A DNA stretch of 64,000 nt. Source: Callorhinchus milii (taxonomy: Eukaryota). The first letter of the stretch is position 1. Each line of letters starts with the position of its first letter. This document shows positions 11,438-24,238 of this stretch, piece after piece. The DNA lies in assembly GCF_018977255.1 (NCBI RefSeq), contig NW_024704742.1, forward strand, positions 61,940,001 through 62,004,000. The letters run 5' to 3'. The position numbers and the translations under genes were made by a program. The notes beneath the pieces were generated by a model. It worked only from the letters and a program-made list of their open reading frames with translations. It made no database searches and had not been told where the DNA came from.

Positions 11438-11707
11438 GTTTTAGCTGGTTAAACTCCAGCAGTACCCCAATTCACACTTTGGAATCCCCAAACCTTAGCT
11501 CTTGCAAATCTGCGCCTAATATTCTCCAGAGTTAGATAAATACATTACGCCCTCCAGGGAGAGAATGTGCATTCCATTGCAAACACAGGGAAATATCCAT
11601 GATTTGATGGCACACATATGTGGACATCTCAATGTGGTTTAGATAATTCTAAGCACGGTGATGGGTTTCTGCATGCGTCAAATACATAGCTGACCAACCA
11701 AAAAAAA
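11438..11707 (+). repeat. unclassified old interspersed repeat, copy B
   Basis: Colinear similarity to 9631-9882 and 12197-12463. Confidence 0.8.
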
Positions 11708-11799
11708 GGCCCCTTTAATAAGCAGCACAGAATTGCTTATTGGGATCAAACAATTCATTCTGTGATTAGAACACCAATTAACTCGTACTTTAAATATAA

Positions 11800-12145
11800 A
11801 ATAATAATCCTTGCATTTAACAGTGTCGAAATAACATCAAAACATCTCAAAGTGTTTGCAATGGTTCTGTCAAATATAGTGATTTACAGACAAATGAATA
11901 ACCAATTTTATCTGCAGGATTAATGTCAAGAAATTCCCTTCTCTATTCGATTAGTGCCATAGGATCTTTAACATCCACCTGAACAGGTAGACGGGACCTT
12001 GATTGCATCGAAAAGATGACACTTCCAGCAATACAGTGCTCTCTCAGTGTTGCACCTAAATTAGTCTAAATGGTGAGCTCAAGTCCTGATGTAGGGGCTT
12101 GAACCTACAATATTGTAACCAAGAGCCAAGAGTTCAACTTACCGA
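11800..12145 (-). mobile_element. old Deu-domain SINE, near full length
   Basis: Tail, Deu core (AGTGCCATAGGATCTTTAACATCCACCTGAACAG) and B box (GGGCTTGAACC). Confidence 0.75.
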
Positions 12146-12196
12146 GATAGTATAAATATAAACCAGTGAATTTAAGCAATATATTAAGTAATATAC

Positions 12197-12463
12197 TTTT
12201 AGCTGGTTAGACTCCAGCAGTACCCCAACACATACTCTAAAGTCCCCAAGCCTTGATTTTTCCCAATCTGTACCTAATATTTTCCAGAATTAGGTGAGCA
12301 GGATGCTATCCTCCAGGAAGGGAGTGTGCATTCCATTCCAACAATCTATCTCTGGGATTTCCATGTGTAGGTGGGATGCAGAGAAATCTCAATTTGGTTT
12401 GAATACTCTTAAACATGGGGATGGGTTTCTGCACGTGTCAGACACCCGGCTGACCAAAAAAAA
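12197..12463 (+). repeat. unclassified old interspersed repeat, copy C
   Basis: Colinear similarity to copies A and B; ends GGGTTTCTGCACGTGTCAGACACCCGGCTGACC(A)8. Confidence 0.8.
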
Positions 12464-12940
12464 CTTTTAGGAGTTGCTGATCATACCTTTTAATTCTTAC
12501 CCTTAATTATGTAATTAGTAACCAATGATAAAAGGTTACATGTTTTGTGGAATCCTTTAAATTGGTTGTTAATTACATTCCCTCTCTAATGCTTTGAAGA
12601 AACAGAATTTTAAAAGGAGATGATGTTAAAGTAAAGGCATTATTTTTTTTACCTTCCTTCCCTTTAAATTATTCCTTTGGATGAAACATTAAACCAAGTT
12701 CCCATCTGTCTGTTCAGGTGGAAGTTAAAGATCCTGTGAAACCATTTGACAATGTATTTTGACAACACAACCATCAGCATTCTTAAACTGATACAAAACC
12801 CCTCTTTTTTTCTCCAACAATTTTCTTATGATTAAAAAGCACCAATGATTTATGCCAGAATATGCATTGTGTTTCACACAACATAAAAGTACAATCAAAA
12901 GCATTCAGTACTCCAAGAAAATAGTTCTTCTGACACATCT

Positions 12941-13278
12941 GGAGTCCTGTAGCTCAGTGGTTAGAGCACTCGCTTTGCAAGTGAGAGACCTGAGTTCAAT
13001 TCCAGGCAGGTCAGGGCGAAACCTTGGGCAAGTTTCCTTACTCCACACAGAGCCTAATAATAATCCCTTCAAAACCAAAAACAATAATAAATTGGTCATT
13101 TTCAATCCACGACTGTTTGTGGGACATTGCTGTGCGCAATTGGCTGCCGCGTTCGCCCACAAATATACGGTCAATTCACTTTACAGTGTGTTCTGTGAAG
13201 CGCTTTGGGACGTCCTCCCGACGTGAAAAGCGCTATATCAAATGCAAGGATTATTATTATTATTATTATTATTATTAT
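12941..13278 (+). mobile_element. young tRNA(Ala)-derived SINE, full length, tail type A
   Basis: A and B boxes, TGC anticodon loop, body, GGGACGTCCTCCCGACGTGAAAAGCGCT, (TAT)n. Confidence 0.93.
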
Positions 13279-14011
13279 CTAGATTATTCGACTTGCCAGG
13301 GTGTCAAAGTCAGGCCAATGACTTCAGTTCGTATTTAGCCAAAACGTAACAAACCCTATCAATAACAAACCACTTCAGACAGCCATTTCAAAACACAGGA
13401 ATATAACCTGTCAGAAATATGTCTTGATGCAGGCTGTTTTACATCGTAACTGTTTCCATATTCTGCTTATTTATGTGCAATGTAGCTCCATGATTAATAG
13501 TACTTCTTAGAAATGATGGTAAAAACCGTCATTTAGGCCATCACTTTGCAGATTGGAAATGTAGGGTATATTGAATACAAGTCTGAATCATTGCTATCTT
13601 TACCTTAAGATAAAATCTACATACTGAGTAATGTGCGGCTACAACATGACATGGTACTTGTAAAATAGCCGATGAGGGAACTCTGAGGTTTGGCACAATA
13701 GCTTCTGGAAGGCGTTACCTGGAGTTTGGGTTCATGAACACAAGCTCGTATATTCCAGGACTTAGTGCCTACCTTGATGCGTGTTCAGAGAGGTAAACAG
13801 CAGCTGCTGCTGAAGCTCTGTTTTTCAGCTATGGGAACCAACATAACAACAATTTACATTTATATAGTGCCTTTCCTATCAAGAGGATTTCACAGAAGTG
13901 CTTCATGCAGTTCACTGCAAGCCCAAACTGGGATGGGGGCAGCTGGGGAGGTTGGGGAATGGGGGGAGCCCCACCATTAACCACTGCTTAATGGTTTTGC
14001 CTAAGGGCTAA

Positions 14012-14645
14012 ACTTTAGGCAAGTTTCCTTACTCCACACACCTCTGTTTACCAAGCAGTAAGTAGGAACCCGGTTATTAGTTGATTGGTAGATTGCATTC
14101 CAGAGGTAATAATCTGGAGGTAATTGTGGAGGTAATTGTGGAGTCGTGTAGCTCAGTGGTTAAAGCACTCGCTTTGCAAGCGAGAGACCTGAGTTCAATT
14201 CCAGGCAGAGCGAAACCTTGGGCAAGTTTCCTTACTCCACACGCCTAATAACCCTCCAAAAACCCCAAAACAATAATAAATTGGTCATTTTCAATCTATG
14301 ACTGTTTGTGGGACACTGCTGTGCGCAATTGGCTGCCGCTTTTGCCCACAAATATACAGTCAATTCACTTTACAGTGTGTTCTGTGAAGCGCTTTAGGAC
14401 ATCCTCCCGACGTGAAAAGCGCTATATCAAATGCAAGGATTATTATTATTATTATCCCTTCAAAAAAAATAATAATGATAATTTGCTCATTCAATCTGTT
14501 TGTGGGACACTGTTGTGTGCAATTGGCTGCTACATTTCACCCACAAAAATATACAATTAATTCACTTTACAGTATATCCTGTGAAGCTCTTTGAAGTGTC
14601 TCAACGACAATTAGGCGCTATATCAAATGCAATGATTCTAATAAT
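14012..14645 (+). mobile_element. older long-form SINE split by a young SINE
   Basis: 14012-14113 (...GAGGTAATAAT) resumes at 14456 (CCCTTCAAAA...tail). Confidence 0.75.
14140..14455 (+). mobile_element. young tRNA(Ala)-derived SINE, full length, nested
   Basis: Complete head, body and type A tail. Confidence 0.92.
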
Positions 14646-15699
14646 GGTTAAGGACATGTATCTGGCCTGTGGCTGTGGTTCAGCAGGATGGACACAATGG
14701 TTATTGCTGAGTTGTTTTGTTCACAAGAACTGAAAAGAATTTAGTTTGTGACAGTGCCTGTCATGTCAAAACATTTTAAATAGCCTGGATGGGGCAGACT
14801 AGAAAGAACGAATAGCTTTAATGGTTTTACATGGAATTTATCTTGAAAGCCCACCTTCTACCACCCACCCAAAAAAAACACAGCTCTGTTTTTTATTAAC
14901 AATTTTCTACTTTCGTCGTTTAAGAAGAGTCTGATTCATAAAGAAATATGGGCCATTCCCTAATACATCACCCAAAACTCATTGTCTGGTCTCTGGCATG
15001 AGGCTGGACAGTGAGCATCAATTATGGGGGTATCGCAAGTCAGTCCAATCCTGCCCTCACTGAAATTAACTCTCCAAAACAGAGAACGATCAGGGACTAT
15101 ATGCCTCACTTAATTCATTTTTCTCCTTGACATAAGTGCAATGAGGCCGATTATAACGGATTATAATGTCTGTGACCTAAATGGCTTAGGATTTAACCAG
15201 GTAATGTATTCCCCCACTGATTCAACAGCAGGTGCTGCCAACACATTTCAAAGGTGACATAATTCATTGTCCAGTTTTGAATAGTGTTTTATATATCTAT
15301 TTCGGGATGGATTAATAGTCAGAAGGTTTTCTTCACTACCTTGGGATCAGGGCGTACCTATCAGAACTTTCCTTAGGAGATAAGAATGGATATAGTAAAG
15401 TCTATGATAGGTTTGTGAGGCATAAAGGGATGAATGACCTTTAAACATTCCATCTACTCTAATGTTTACAATATATAATAATATATCCCAATTGAAAATT
15501 CATTCAGCTGATCTTTTGATGACTCAGGACTAGTGACTCAGGATTATAGTCTGAGATCCAATAATTTTAGAGATAGGAAAATAGGTACATTGAGATGAGG
15601 CTGACCTATGATTCAAAATCTTCTGCAGGACAGACTTCATAATTGAATATCTATTCTAATTGTCTTAGAGGTTGCAAACTACAGCTGTATCTTGTGTGA

Positions 15700-16012
15700 T
15701 AACAATAATAATGCTTAAATTTGGTATTGGGCCTTTCGGGTGAGGAGGACATCTTAAAGTACTTCACAGGATATAGTGGGCAAACAATTTGTGCACAATA
15801 ATGCCCCACGAACAGCCAAAAAGTGAATGACGGATTTTATTTTGGGGATTATTGGCCAGGACACCAGGAGAAACTTCCTTCTCTTTTAAATGAGTGCCTT
15901 GGGATCTTAATATCCACCCAAACAGGCAGACAAGACCTTGGTTTAAGAAATCCTGACGTGGAGCTTGGATTGACCCAGAGGCAAGAGTGCTATGAACTGA
16001 ACCAGGCTGACA
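15700..16012 (-). mobile_element. old Deu-domain SINE
   Basis: TTGGCCAGGACACCAGGAGAAAC...GTGCCTTGGGATCTTAA...GGTTTAA plus head remnant. Confidence 0.7.
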
Positions 16013-16507
16013 CCCTATATTTTGAATTCTGAGGAAAATTTCTGCATAATTTCTCCTGTTTCATTTCCAAGTTTCAGAATATCTATTTCCACATCGTTGA
16101 CATTCAACTCTGCCAAGTTATTTTCTACAGATGATATTTCCATGATAATAACAATAATAATCCTTGCATCTAATATAGTGCCTTATCATATCTTAAAGTG
16201 CTTCACAGAATCTACTGTAAAATTTATGGACTCTATTTTGTGGGCGAAACACAGCAGCCAATTGTGCACAACTGTATCCTCCAAAATGATCTCAGTAGGA
16301 TAAGAAACATTCATGAAATAATTTCTATAGAATAATAATGTATTCTATGGAAGATTTTGTTTATTTATCTCTGCACTTAGCTAAGTAACCTTCAATTAGC
16401 GAAACAACTTTAGATTTTTTATTACCTGAATATGGATGTTTGAAAATAATCTGCAGAATTTTTATTGCATATTTTAGATTCTGCATCTAGCCTCTATTCT
16501 AATACTA

Positions 16508-16762
16508 TGATGAGATGCTAAACCAAGATCCTGTCTGCATGTTCGGATCCCAATTCATTTTTCGAAAAGAGAAGGGAATTTCTGACACAATCCCCCCAAA
16601 CAATCGATCATTAACTTCATGGTTATTTTGTGGCACGTTGCTGTGTGCAAAATTGGGTCCTGAGTTTGCCTACAAAATGCACTTTACGATGAATTCTGTA
16701 AAATGCTTTGAGCTTCCTCCCAAAGTGAAAGGCACAATAGCAAACGCAAAGATTATTATTAT
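16508..16762 (+). mobile_element. old Deu-domain SINE fragment
   Basis: GATGAGATGCTAAACCAAGATCCTGTCTGC...GCAAAGATTATTATT. Confidence 0.65.
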
Positions 16763-17340
16763 TCAACATTCGGTTTAAATGTAGAAGTAATCGGTAAAAA
16801 AAAATCCTGCAACACCATCTAATAAAAAGCAAAAGCAGATTCCTGTCCGATTGGACACTCCACTTCCAATGACTAGGTTTGTTGAGATGACAAAAGAGAA
16901 TGAGAATGTCAGTTGATTTATTCGACTCTTGAACCTTTCTATCAACACACTCACATGAAGATGGTGCTCAGGATGTAAATTATTCCCACAGCTAAATATT
17001 TATTGAATCTACACAAGCGTGTTTGTACTTTGGTGCCACTCACCACTTTCGTGATTTTGATTTGTTATGAATATAGATTGTATTTTTCAAAAAATAGCAC
17101 ACAAGGGGTTCATCCAGCCTGCTGCAGTATCACATTATTGAATCCTCCATGGACATTGCTTTAATAACACTTAGCTCTGTAACCATTGATCCCATATACC
17201 TGTTTGGGCATCTATTTCATTTGCACCACTTGGTGCCATTTTGTTGACACTCTTAACTGAGCCCAAAGCTGCAATTTGATTTCAAATGCCTAAACACTGG
17301 ATGGAGTCGGGGGAATGGGGCAAAGGAGATCACATCACAG

Positions 17341-17653
17341 ATAATAATAATAATAATCCTTGCATTTGATATAGCGCTTTTCACGTCGGGAGGACATCCC
17401 AAAGCGCTTCACAGAACACACTGTAAAGTGAATTGACTGTATATTTGTGGGCGAACGCGGCAGCCAATTGCGCACAGCAATGTCCCACAAACATTGAAAA
17501 TTGAAAATGACCAATTTAATTATTGTTTTTAGTTTTGGAGGGATTATTAGGCGTGTGGAGTAAGGAAACTTGCCCAAGGTTTCGTCCTGCCTGGAATTGA
17601 ACTCAGGTCTCTCACTTGCAAAGCGAGTGTTCTAACCACTGAGCTACAGGACT
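17341..17653 (-). mobile_element. young tRNA(Ala)-derived SINE, full length, tail type A
   Basis: Near-identical to 12941-13278 in reverse complement. Confidence 0.92.
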
Positions 17654-17719
17654 ATCAATCCAGTACTTTAGTTATTGACTAGGCGAATTTGTCAACAATT
17701 ACTGCCAGTTGTTTTAACG

Positions 17720-17897
17720 CAGTGTAGTCCAACCTTTCGGCTCCTGAGGGCCAGATGCCCTATTTGAGAAACGTCTGCGGGCCGCATAAGCAATAGTTTT
17801 GTGTTTCCCTTCGAGAAATATACCATAACATTTACGGATGACTGAGGGAGCGGATGGGCCAGATGAAATGGAGAGACAACATAGTGGACTTCCCCTC
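17720..17897. mobile_element. degenerate hAT/Charlie-like MITE
   Basis: Left end CAGTGTAGTCCAACCTTT, three GGGCC(A/G) subterminal motifs, right end GTGGACTTCCCCT; layout resembles MER30-type hAT MITEs. Confidence 0.45.
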
Positions 17898-20744
17898 ATC
17901 TCATGGAGCCACTTATGAATCATTGAGTTTTCTGAACCAAATAGTGGAAATATTACCCACTCACCCTAGGAATTAAATAGTATGGATTCCAAATCAATTG
18001 GACTTGTCAGCACAAATGTGAAGTGTAAGAATTACACAGCTGTCAGAAGGATTGGATCCACCCAGGGATTTAAACTGCTTTTCATACCCAATTAATAACA
18101 GAAACAACATGAGGATAATGCAGTGATAGTTTTAATGAGAAGTCTCCAGCAGGAGCACGGGTCATTGAAGGCTGAAGGTGGAATCATGACCTGAAGAATT
18201 CAACAAACCATAAACGTGCGTGTATAACTGGTGAAGCATCTAAATCACAGTCACTTCAAAGATGAACCATCTGCTGGAGAATACAGGATGCTTCTCAGAC
18301 TTGAAGTTGCCAGAAAAATAGAATTATGACGTGGGAAGACATTGAAAGAGCAATTTACAACCTGGACTTGTCTCATTTGTTTTCAAGAGTTTCAGCCTTT
18401 TCACTGCTTGAGTACTTACGCAAATGCTTTAATGGTAATGTTTTAACTATTTGACTTCCGATTGTTTGATGTCTTGTTCCAAAGTTTATATTCCGCTGAG
18501 CATCATTCCGATGGCTGCACAACTCAAAAGAGACAGAAGTAATATTTGAAGTTAGAACGTCAATCCTTCCTCCCCCTCCTCCATCCCTTCTCCCATTTCC
18601 CTATCTCGCCATGATGGAGTTGTGGACATGTGGAGTAGAGTCATTGTCTTAAAATGTGAAACTCTGCAGAATTGTGAAAATATAGTTAAATTCTGCCTCA
18701 ATTTGGAAGATGGTAATTTTTAAGAATTGTGGGGGGGAAAAAACACACGAAATTTAAGAATTTTCAAACAATTTTTGCACAATCTTAAATTTTTAGGCTC
18801 TTAATTTCTAAGACCATGAGAAATTTAAGGTCTCAGATTTCCAGCTAATTCTGTGCTTATATACTCACATTAAAAATAATTTCTGGAGGAATATCTAGTT
18901 AAAAATATGTTTGAGTGTTATCGGAACATGTAGAAATCAAAGCAATCAAATGGTGTGTGTAAATTGATTATTCCTAGACTGTTGTGGGAATGGGTTTGAT
19001 GGGTTAATAAGACCTTCTCCCATTCTATAGATTGTTTTTAGAAAATTGCATATTGAGTATCCCCTTGTATTCAGAACACACAGCTGATAGTTTTAAAAAG
19101 AGATGGTCAGATACTAGGGTAGTATTGGAATTAAGGGATACGGTGAAAGGGCAATTGGGATTTTAAAAAATCTGCCATTTTCTAATAAATTTGTGGTATA
19201 ATAATAATCTTTACATTTGCTATAGCTCCTTATCACATTGATGCGGGTCTCAAATCCTTCAAAGGATTTTACTGTGAAGTGCAGTGTCTGCATATTGAGG
19301 TATAGGCTATGTGGTCTGAATGGCCTCCTCCAATTCCTGTTTCCTATAATCCATGATGTAGCTGCAGTGCTGTAGCACTGAAGCTAAACAAAACTGGACT
19401 CAAATCTCAGTCCAATGACAGCCTTCTCCAGAAGGTATGGGGAGTTGTCAACTCTCTCAAGCTAGTCATTTGTGGTCAAGCAAAATGGCGAAGGGCGGAG
19501 TCTTTCAGGAATTACCTATGATTGCCTCATGGTGGGCATACTGTAGAATGGCATTTTGACTGCATCCCAGGTAGTATCTGCCAGCTGGAATGGAAGAACA
19601 ATGATGGAGGGAGATGAATTAATTTGCTGGGAAGAAAATAAGGAGAGGGTTTATCAAGTAATGGGACGTTTAAGCAAGGCAAAGAGGTTCTTTGTGAGTC
19701 AGACCCTGAGATCATAAAATAACTTTTTTTACACAAATGTCCCCATCTCCCTATTGCATTTGCTCATAGTCTGCCACCAGCTTCTCCCTGAGTAGAATAG
19801 TATGTTCTATGCAACAAAATTCACCTACAGAATACAGTGAGCACACTTTACTAAATTCTATGAAGCGCTTCGAGACTTCAAAAGCAATAATTATTTATCA
19901 TTGATAACAAAAACAACAGCTTGCACTTATGTAACATATTTCACAAACCTCTGTGTAAGGTAAAGTAGTTTCAACTGAAAGTGGTTTCTGTTTGAATTTT
20001 ATCCGTTTCTGCAATGTTCAGTGGTGCTGGTATTCTGCAGGGGCATTTCTTACTGGTAACCTTGGGAACCAATGGCATAGAATGAGGAAGTCTGGAAGAA
20101 TTTGGCTTCAAAGGTTCAGAGGGAAACTCAGTCCCAGTTTCTGTCTCTACTTGTGCAATCGATTGAGCGCCAGATATTGCACACAAATCATTCACGTATG
20201 AAGTACGAGGGAATAAATGTTTCAGGAATTTCCCGCAGGAAGGAATGTGAGGCAAGCTAAAATGGTAGGAATACCAGGAAGAAATGTTCATCCAGAATGA
20301 TATTAATGAATCTAAAGAACCATAATCTGGCTCGACACTCCCAACAGGGAGAAATTGTACCCGAGTCCAGAGCTACTACACTTACTTGCTTAACATTTCA
20401 GTGTGTAGAATTTGGCAAACTCTTCAATTCAGTCCTAATTTTGATATGAAGGAGTAAGAAGAGCTAGAACTTAACCCCAAAAATTAATGTATAGAATTTT
20501 CACATGTGAATAACCCTAATGGCTTTTATAAACACTTAGTAAAGTGAAGATGATATTCAAAGAAAGAGTCTCATCTTTCCATATAATTTACATTTTTTAT
20601 TTTATGTGATCAATTTTTTTCTTTTTTTCATTTTCTAATTTTTCTTCTTCTTCAATTTTGATCTAATTCATTGTTTGTGGGATGTTGCTGGTGCAGATTT
20701 GCCACCTTGTTTAGCTACCTATTAATACATAAAAAATAATAACA

Positions 20745-21165
20745 ATAATAACAATAATAACAATAACAAACGCTTGCATTTGGTGTAGCATTTTTCACGT
20801 TGGAAGGAACGCCTCGAAGAGCTTCACAAAATATACTGTAAATGTCAGTGACGTGTAATCTGTGGGCAAATGTGGCAGCCATTTTACACACGACAATGTC
20901 CCAGAAACAGCCATAAAGTGAAAGTAAATCAGTTTTACTGGTGTGGGGAGGGGGTTTGTAGCCAGGGCACCAGGAGAAACTCCCTCCTTTTCTGAAATAG
21001 TGCCAAGAGCATGAACAGCAGACAAAACCTTGGTTTATTGTTTCATCGGAGGTACTGCACCTCCAACAATGCAACCCATCTCCCCGCACAGCACTGGAGT
21101 GTTAGCCTGCACTATGTGAGTCACAGCATGTGGCTTGAATTCTGACTCAGGGGTGAGAGAACCAG
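20745..21165 (-). mobile_element. old Deu-domain SINE, near full length
   Basis: Tail with (AATAAC/AAT)n, Deu core (TGCACCTCCAACAATGCA), head remnant TTCTGACTCAG. Confidence 0.7.
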
Positions 21166-21493
21166 CATACAATTTCATCACTTATTTGCAGATCATCATC
21201 TAATTCTTCAACTGTGTTATCAATTATATTAGTATATTAATGTTCTTGATATATCAATTGTATTAATATATAAATTTTAGGTTCTTAAAATGCCTTGTGA
21301 TTTAGGTGAATGCCATTTTGTTGCTATTTCAAAGAAACATGGATTTGTTTGCCAGTTGTCCTAATTCACATTTCTGCCCTAATCTAAATTTATCCACAAA
21401 TAACGAATGACTGCATTGTTATTTATGGATTTTTTCGACACAGATTAGCTGCTGTGTTTGTCTCCTAACGACATTCATTTCATTTCAAATCAA

Positions 21494-21816
21494 TTATAAT
21501 AATAATAACAATAATTCTTGCATTTGATAGAGCACTTTTCATGTCGGGAGGACGTCCCAAAGCAATTCACAGAACACACTGTAAAGTGAATTGACTGTAT
21601 ATTTGTGGGCGAACGCGGCAGCCAATTGCGCACAGCAATGTCCCACAAACAGTCGTAGATTGAAAATGACCAATTTATTATTGTTTTTGGTTTTGGAGGG
21701 ATTATTATTAGGTGTGTGAAGTAAGGAAACTTGTCCAAGGTTTCGCCCTGCCTGGAATTGAACTCAGGTCTCTCACTTGCAAAGTGAGTGCTCTAACCAC
21801 TGAGCTACAGGACTCC
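21494..21816 (-). mobile_element. young tRNA(Ala)-derived SINE, full length, tail type A
   Basis: Complete head, body and tail. Confidence 0.92.
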
Positions 21817-22367
21817 GAATTTGTGAAGAATTTTGAGATGTTTGTATTTTATGAAAGGTACTTCCATGCCTAGAGTAATAATAAAAATATTTTTAAAAAT
21901 TATTTCATTTGATATAGCATCTTTCAGTTTTGGAAGATATCTCAAAGTCCTTTACAAATTTACTTTGTCTACCAAATATACAGTCACTACACTTAACAGG
22001 ATACCCTGAGATATACTCCCAACAAGATAGACGCAAAATAAAATGTAAGGACTATTAATATTATTATAATTCTGTCTCAGAGTCCCTCCACCTTGCCCCT
22101 TCCCTTCCTTTTTTCAAACTGTTTTAAGGTCTATTCTTTAACCATGCTTTCAACCACCAATGCAACAGTGTCAAGTGCTTTGAGGCATCCTTCTGACCTA
22201 AAAGTCACCTAAATAAATGTAGATAGTATTGTATTACCACCTGTGGTAGAGCATTCCACATTTGCATTAGCCTTTGTGATTGTGTAAGTGAATGTCAAAG
22301 TCTTGATTTGTGACTTTAAGGCGAAAAATGTGACATATAACATGCCAATTCTTAAGAAGTGATCTGC

Positions 22368-23395
22368 TTGTCAGTCTGGATCAATTGGTAGAGCTCTCGC
22401 CTCTGAGTTATGAAGGTTGTGGGTTCAAGCCTAACATTGCGACTCTGAATTTACACTCTAGGCTGATACTTCAGGGTGTGTGCTACATTGTTGAAGGTAC
22501 TGGCCATTGAATATGACTAGATATTTGTAAAGATAATGGAATTTCACCTGGTTTTGGTCAACAATCCCCTCAAATACATTTGGTCATTTATGTTTTTTTG
22601 TGGAACATTATTGTGTGCAAATTAGCTGCTGCATTCGCCTACAAAATACACAACAACAAAATTACATTTGTAAAGTGCCTTTCATGTCAGGAGGACGTCC
22701 CAAGGTGGGTCGGGACCCGAGCAGGGGGGAAATGGTCAGGGTGCGGGGAGGGAAGGGAGGGAGCGAGGAGGGGGTAGAGAGTCGAGAGGGGAGCTGAAGG
22801 CACGGTCAAGGAGAAAGGTCTTGAGACCGGCCTTGAAGGAGGAAAGGGAGGAGGCGGCGAAGGCACTGGGGGGATGGAGTTCCAGAGCCTAGGGACTGAG
22901 AAGCTGAAAGCCCGGCCACCGATGGTAGGGCGGTTAGGGCGGGGGATGTGGAGCAAACCGGAGCCAGAGGAACGGAGGGTACAGGCAGGTATGTTGGGGG
23001 ATAGTAGGTCGGAGAGGTAGGAGGGAGCGAGGCCGTGAATGGCCTTGTAGGTGAGGATGAGGATCTTGAATTCGATCCTCTGGGGGATGGGGAGCCAGTG
23101 GAGGCGAGCGAGGGTGGGAGTGATGTGGTCCTGGTGCGGGACAGTACACGAGCTGCAGAGTTCTGAATGACCTGCAGCTTGTGGAGGGAGATGCTGGGAA
23201 GGCCGGCGAGGAGAGAGTTCCCATAGTCCAGCCTTGATGTGATAAAGTCGTGGACCAGTGGTACTGAAGGCATTGAATAGTCAGGGATCAGAGCACAGTC
23301 ACTACACTTTGCAATCTTGAAAATGCAGCAGTGTGAAATGCCCTGGGATGCCTTCATGGTGTGGATGATGCTACAGGATACTATTATTAATAATA
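22368..23395 (+). mobile_element. old Deu-domain SINE interrupted by an antisense L2 fragment
   Basis: Head TTGGTAGAGCTCTCGCCTCTGAGT...GGGTTCAAGCC; body stops at ~22650 and resumes CACAGTCACTACACTTT at ~23293. Confidence 0.65.
22650..23260 (-). mobile_element. L2-clade LINE 3' fragment, family A
   Basis: Minus-strand peptides VHDFITSRLDYGNSLLAGLP...IQNSAARVL and GRAFSFSVPRLWNSIP; (TTG)n tail. Confidence 0.9.
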
Positions 23396-23984
23396 ATAAT
23401 TCCATTTCTCCATCTGCAAACAATTGTATCACAAGAGTCTATTCTGTTCTAATCCATGCAGCCATCTGTCAATGTGGGCTAAGCAATATTCTATTTTCAT
23501 TGGTCCCTGTGCACTCATAAAAGTATAAATAACATGATATTTAAGATGAAATTACACTTTTCAAATTGAATTAGGGTCATTTATAATAGTGCAGATTCAT
23601 GACATGGAAGAGAATGGGACTTATTTCACAGCAACGAGCCTACCGAACACAAATACGAAGGAATGAAAGAGTCTGTGATGCCAGTAAAATGTGTCAATAT
23701 GGCTGAATACCTCTTGTGTCTATACAACAACAACTTGCATTTATCTTTGAGGCATCCTTACATGACAATGCCTGTCATGTAGGATAACATCTCAGGGGGC
23801 TCTACAATGACCTGACTGGACACTGAACAAGGGAGAATGTAATAAGTATTTAGAGGCATTGAACCCACTGAATTTGAATTTGTAAGTAATTCCTATAGTG
23901 TTTTGCTATGCTTATTTACATTTTGTAATTAAACTCAAGTAATGTGGTGGAAAATGCAATTGTTTTAACAGATTCAATGTGATA

Positions 23985-24238
23985 GTAATAATAATCCTTA
24001 CATGTGATACCGCACCTTTCACTTCGGGACGTCCCGAAGAGCTTTACAGGATCTACCGTAAAGTGCAATGACTGTGAATAAAATTGGTCACTCACTGTGA
24101 AGTGAATAACTGATTTTAGTTTGCAGATTGTAGGCCAGGACACCAGCAGAAATTCTTTACTCTTTTTGGACAATGCCATGGGATCTTTAAAGTCTCCTTG
24201 GACAGGCAGACAGAACCTACATTTAACATTTCATCCAA
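23985..24238 (-). mobile_element. old Deu-domain SINE fragment
   Basis: GGCCAGGACACCAG...TGCCATGGGATCTTTAA core and tail. Confidence 0.65.

Noticed and set aside
12941..13012. tRNA-Ala(TGC)-like sequences at SINE starts
   Set aside because: The acceptor stem does not close, there is no Pol III terminator directly after, and each runs into the SINE body; these are SINE heads, not tRNA genes.
22806..23432. Longest ORFs (208 aa here, 207 aa at 41074-41697, 184 aa at 34666-35220)
   Set aside because: Out-of-frame or antisense readings of GC-rich L2 fragments fused to flanking sequence.
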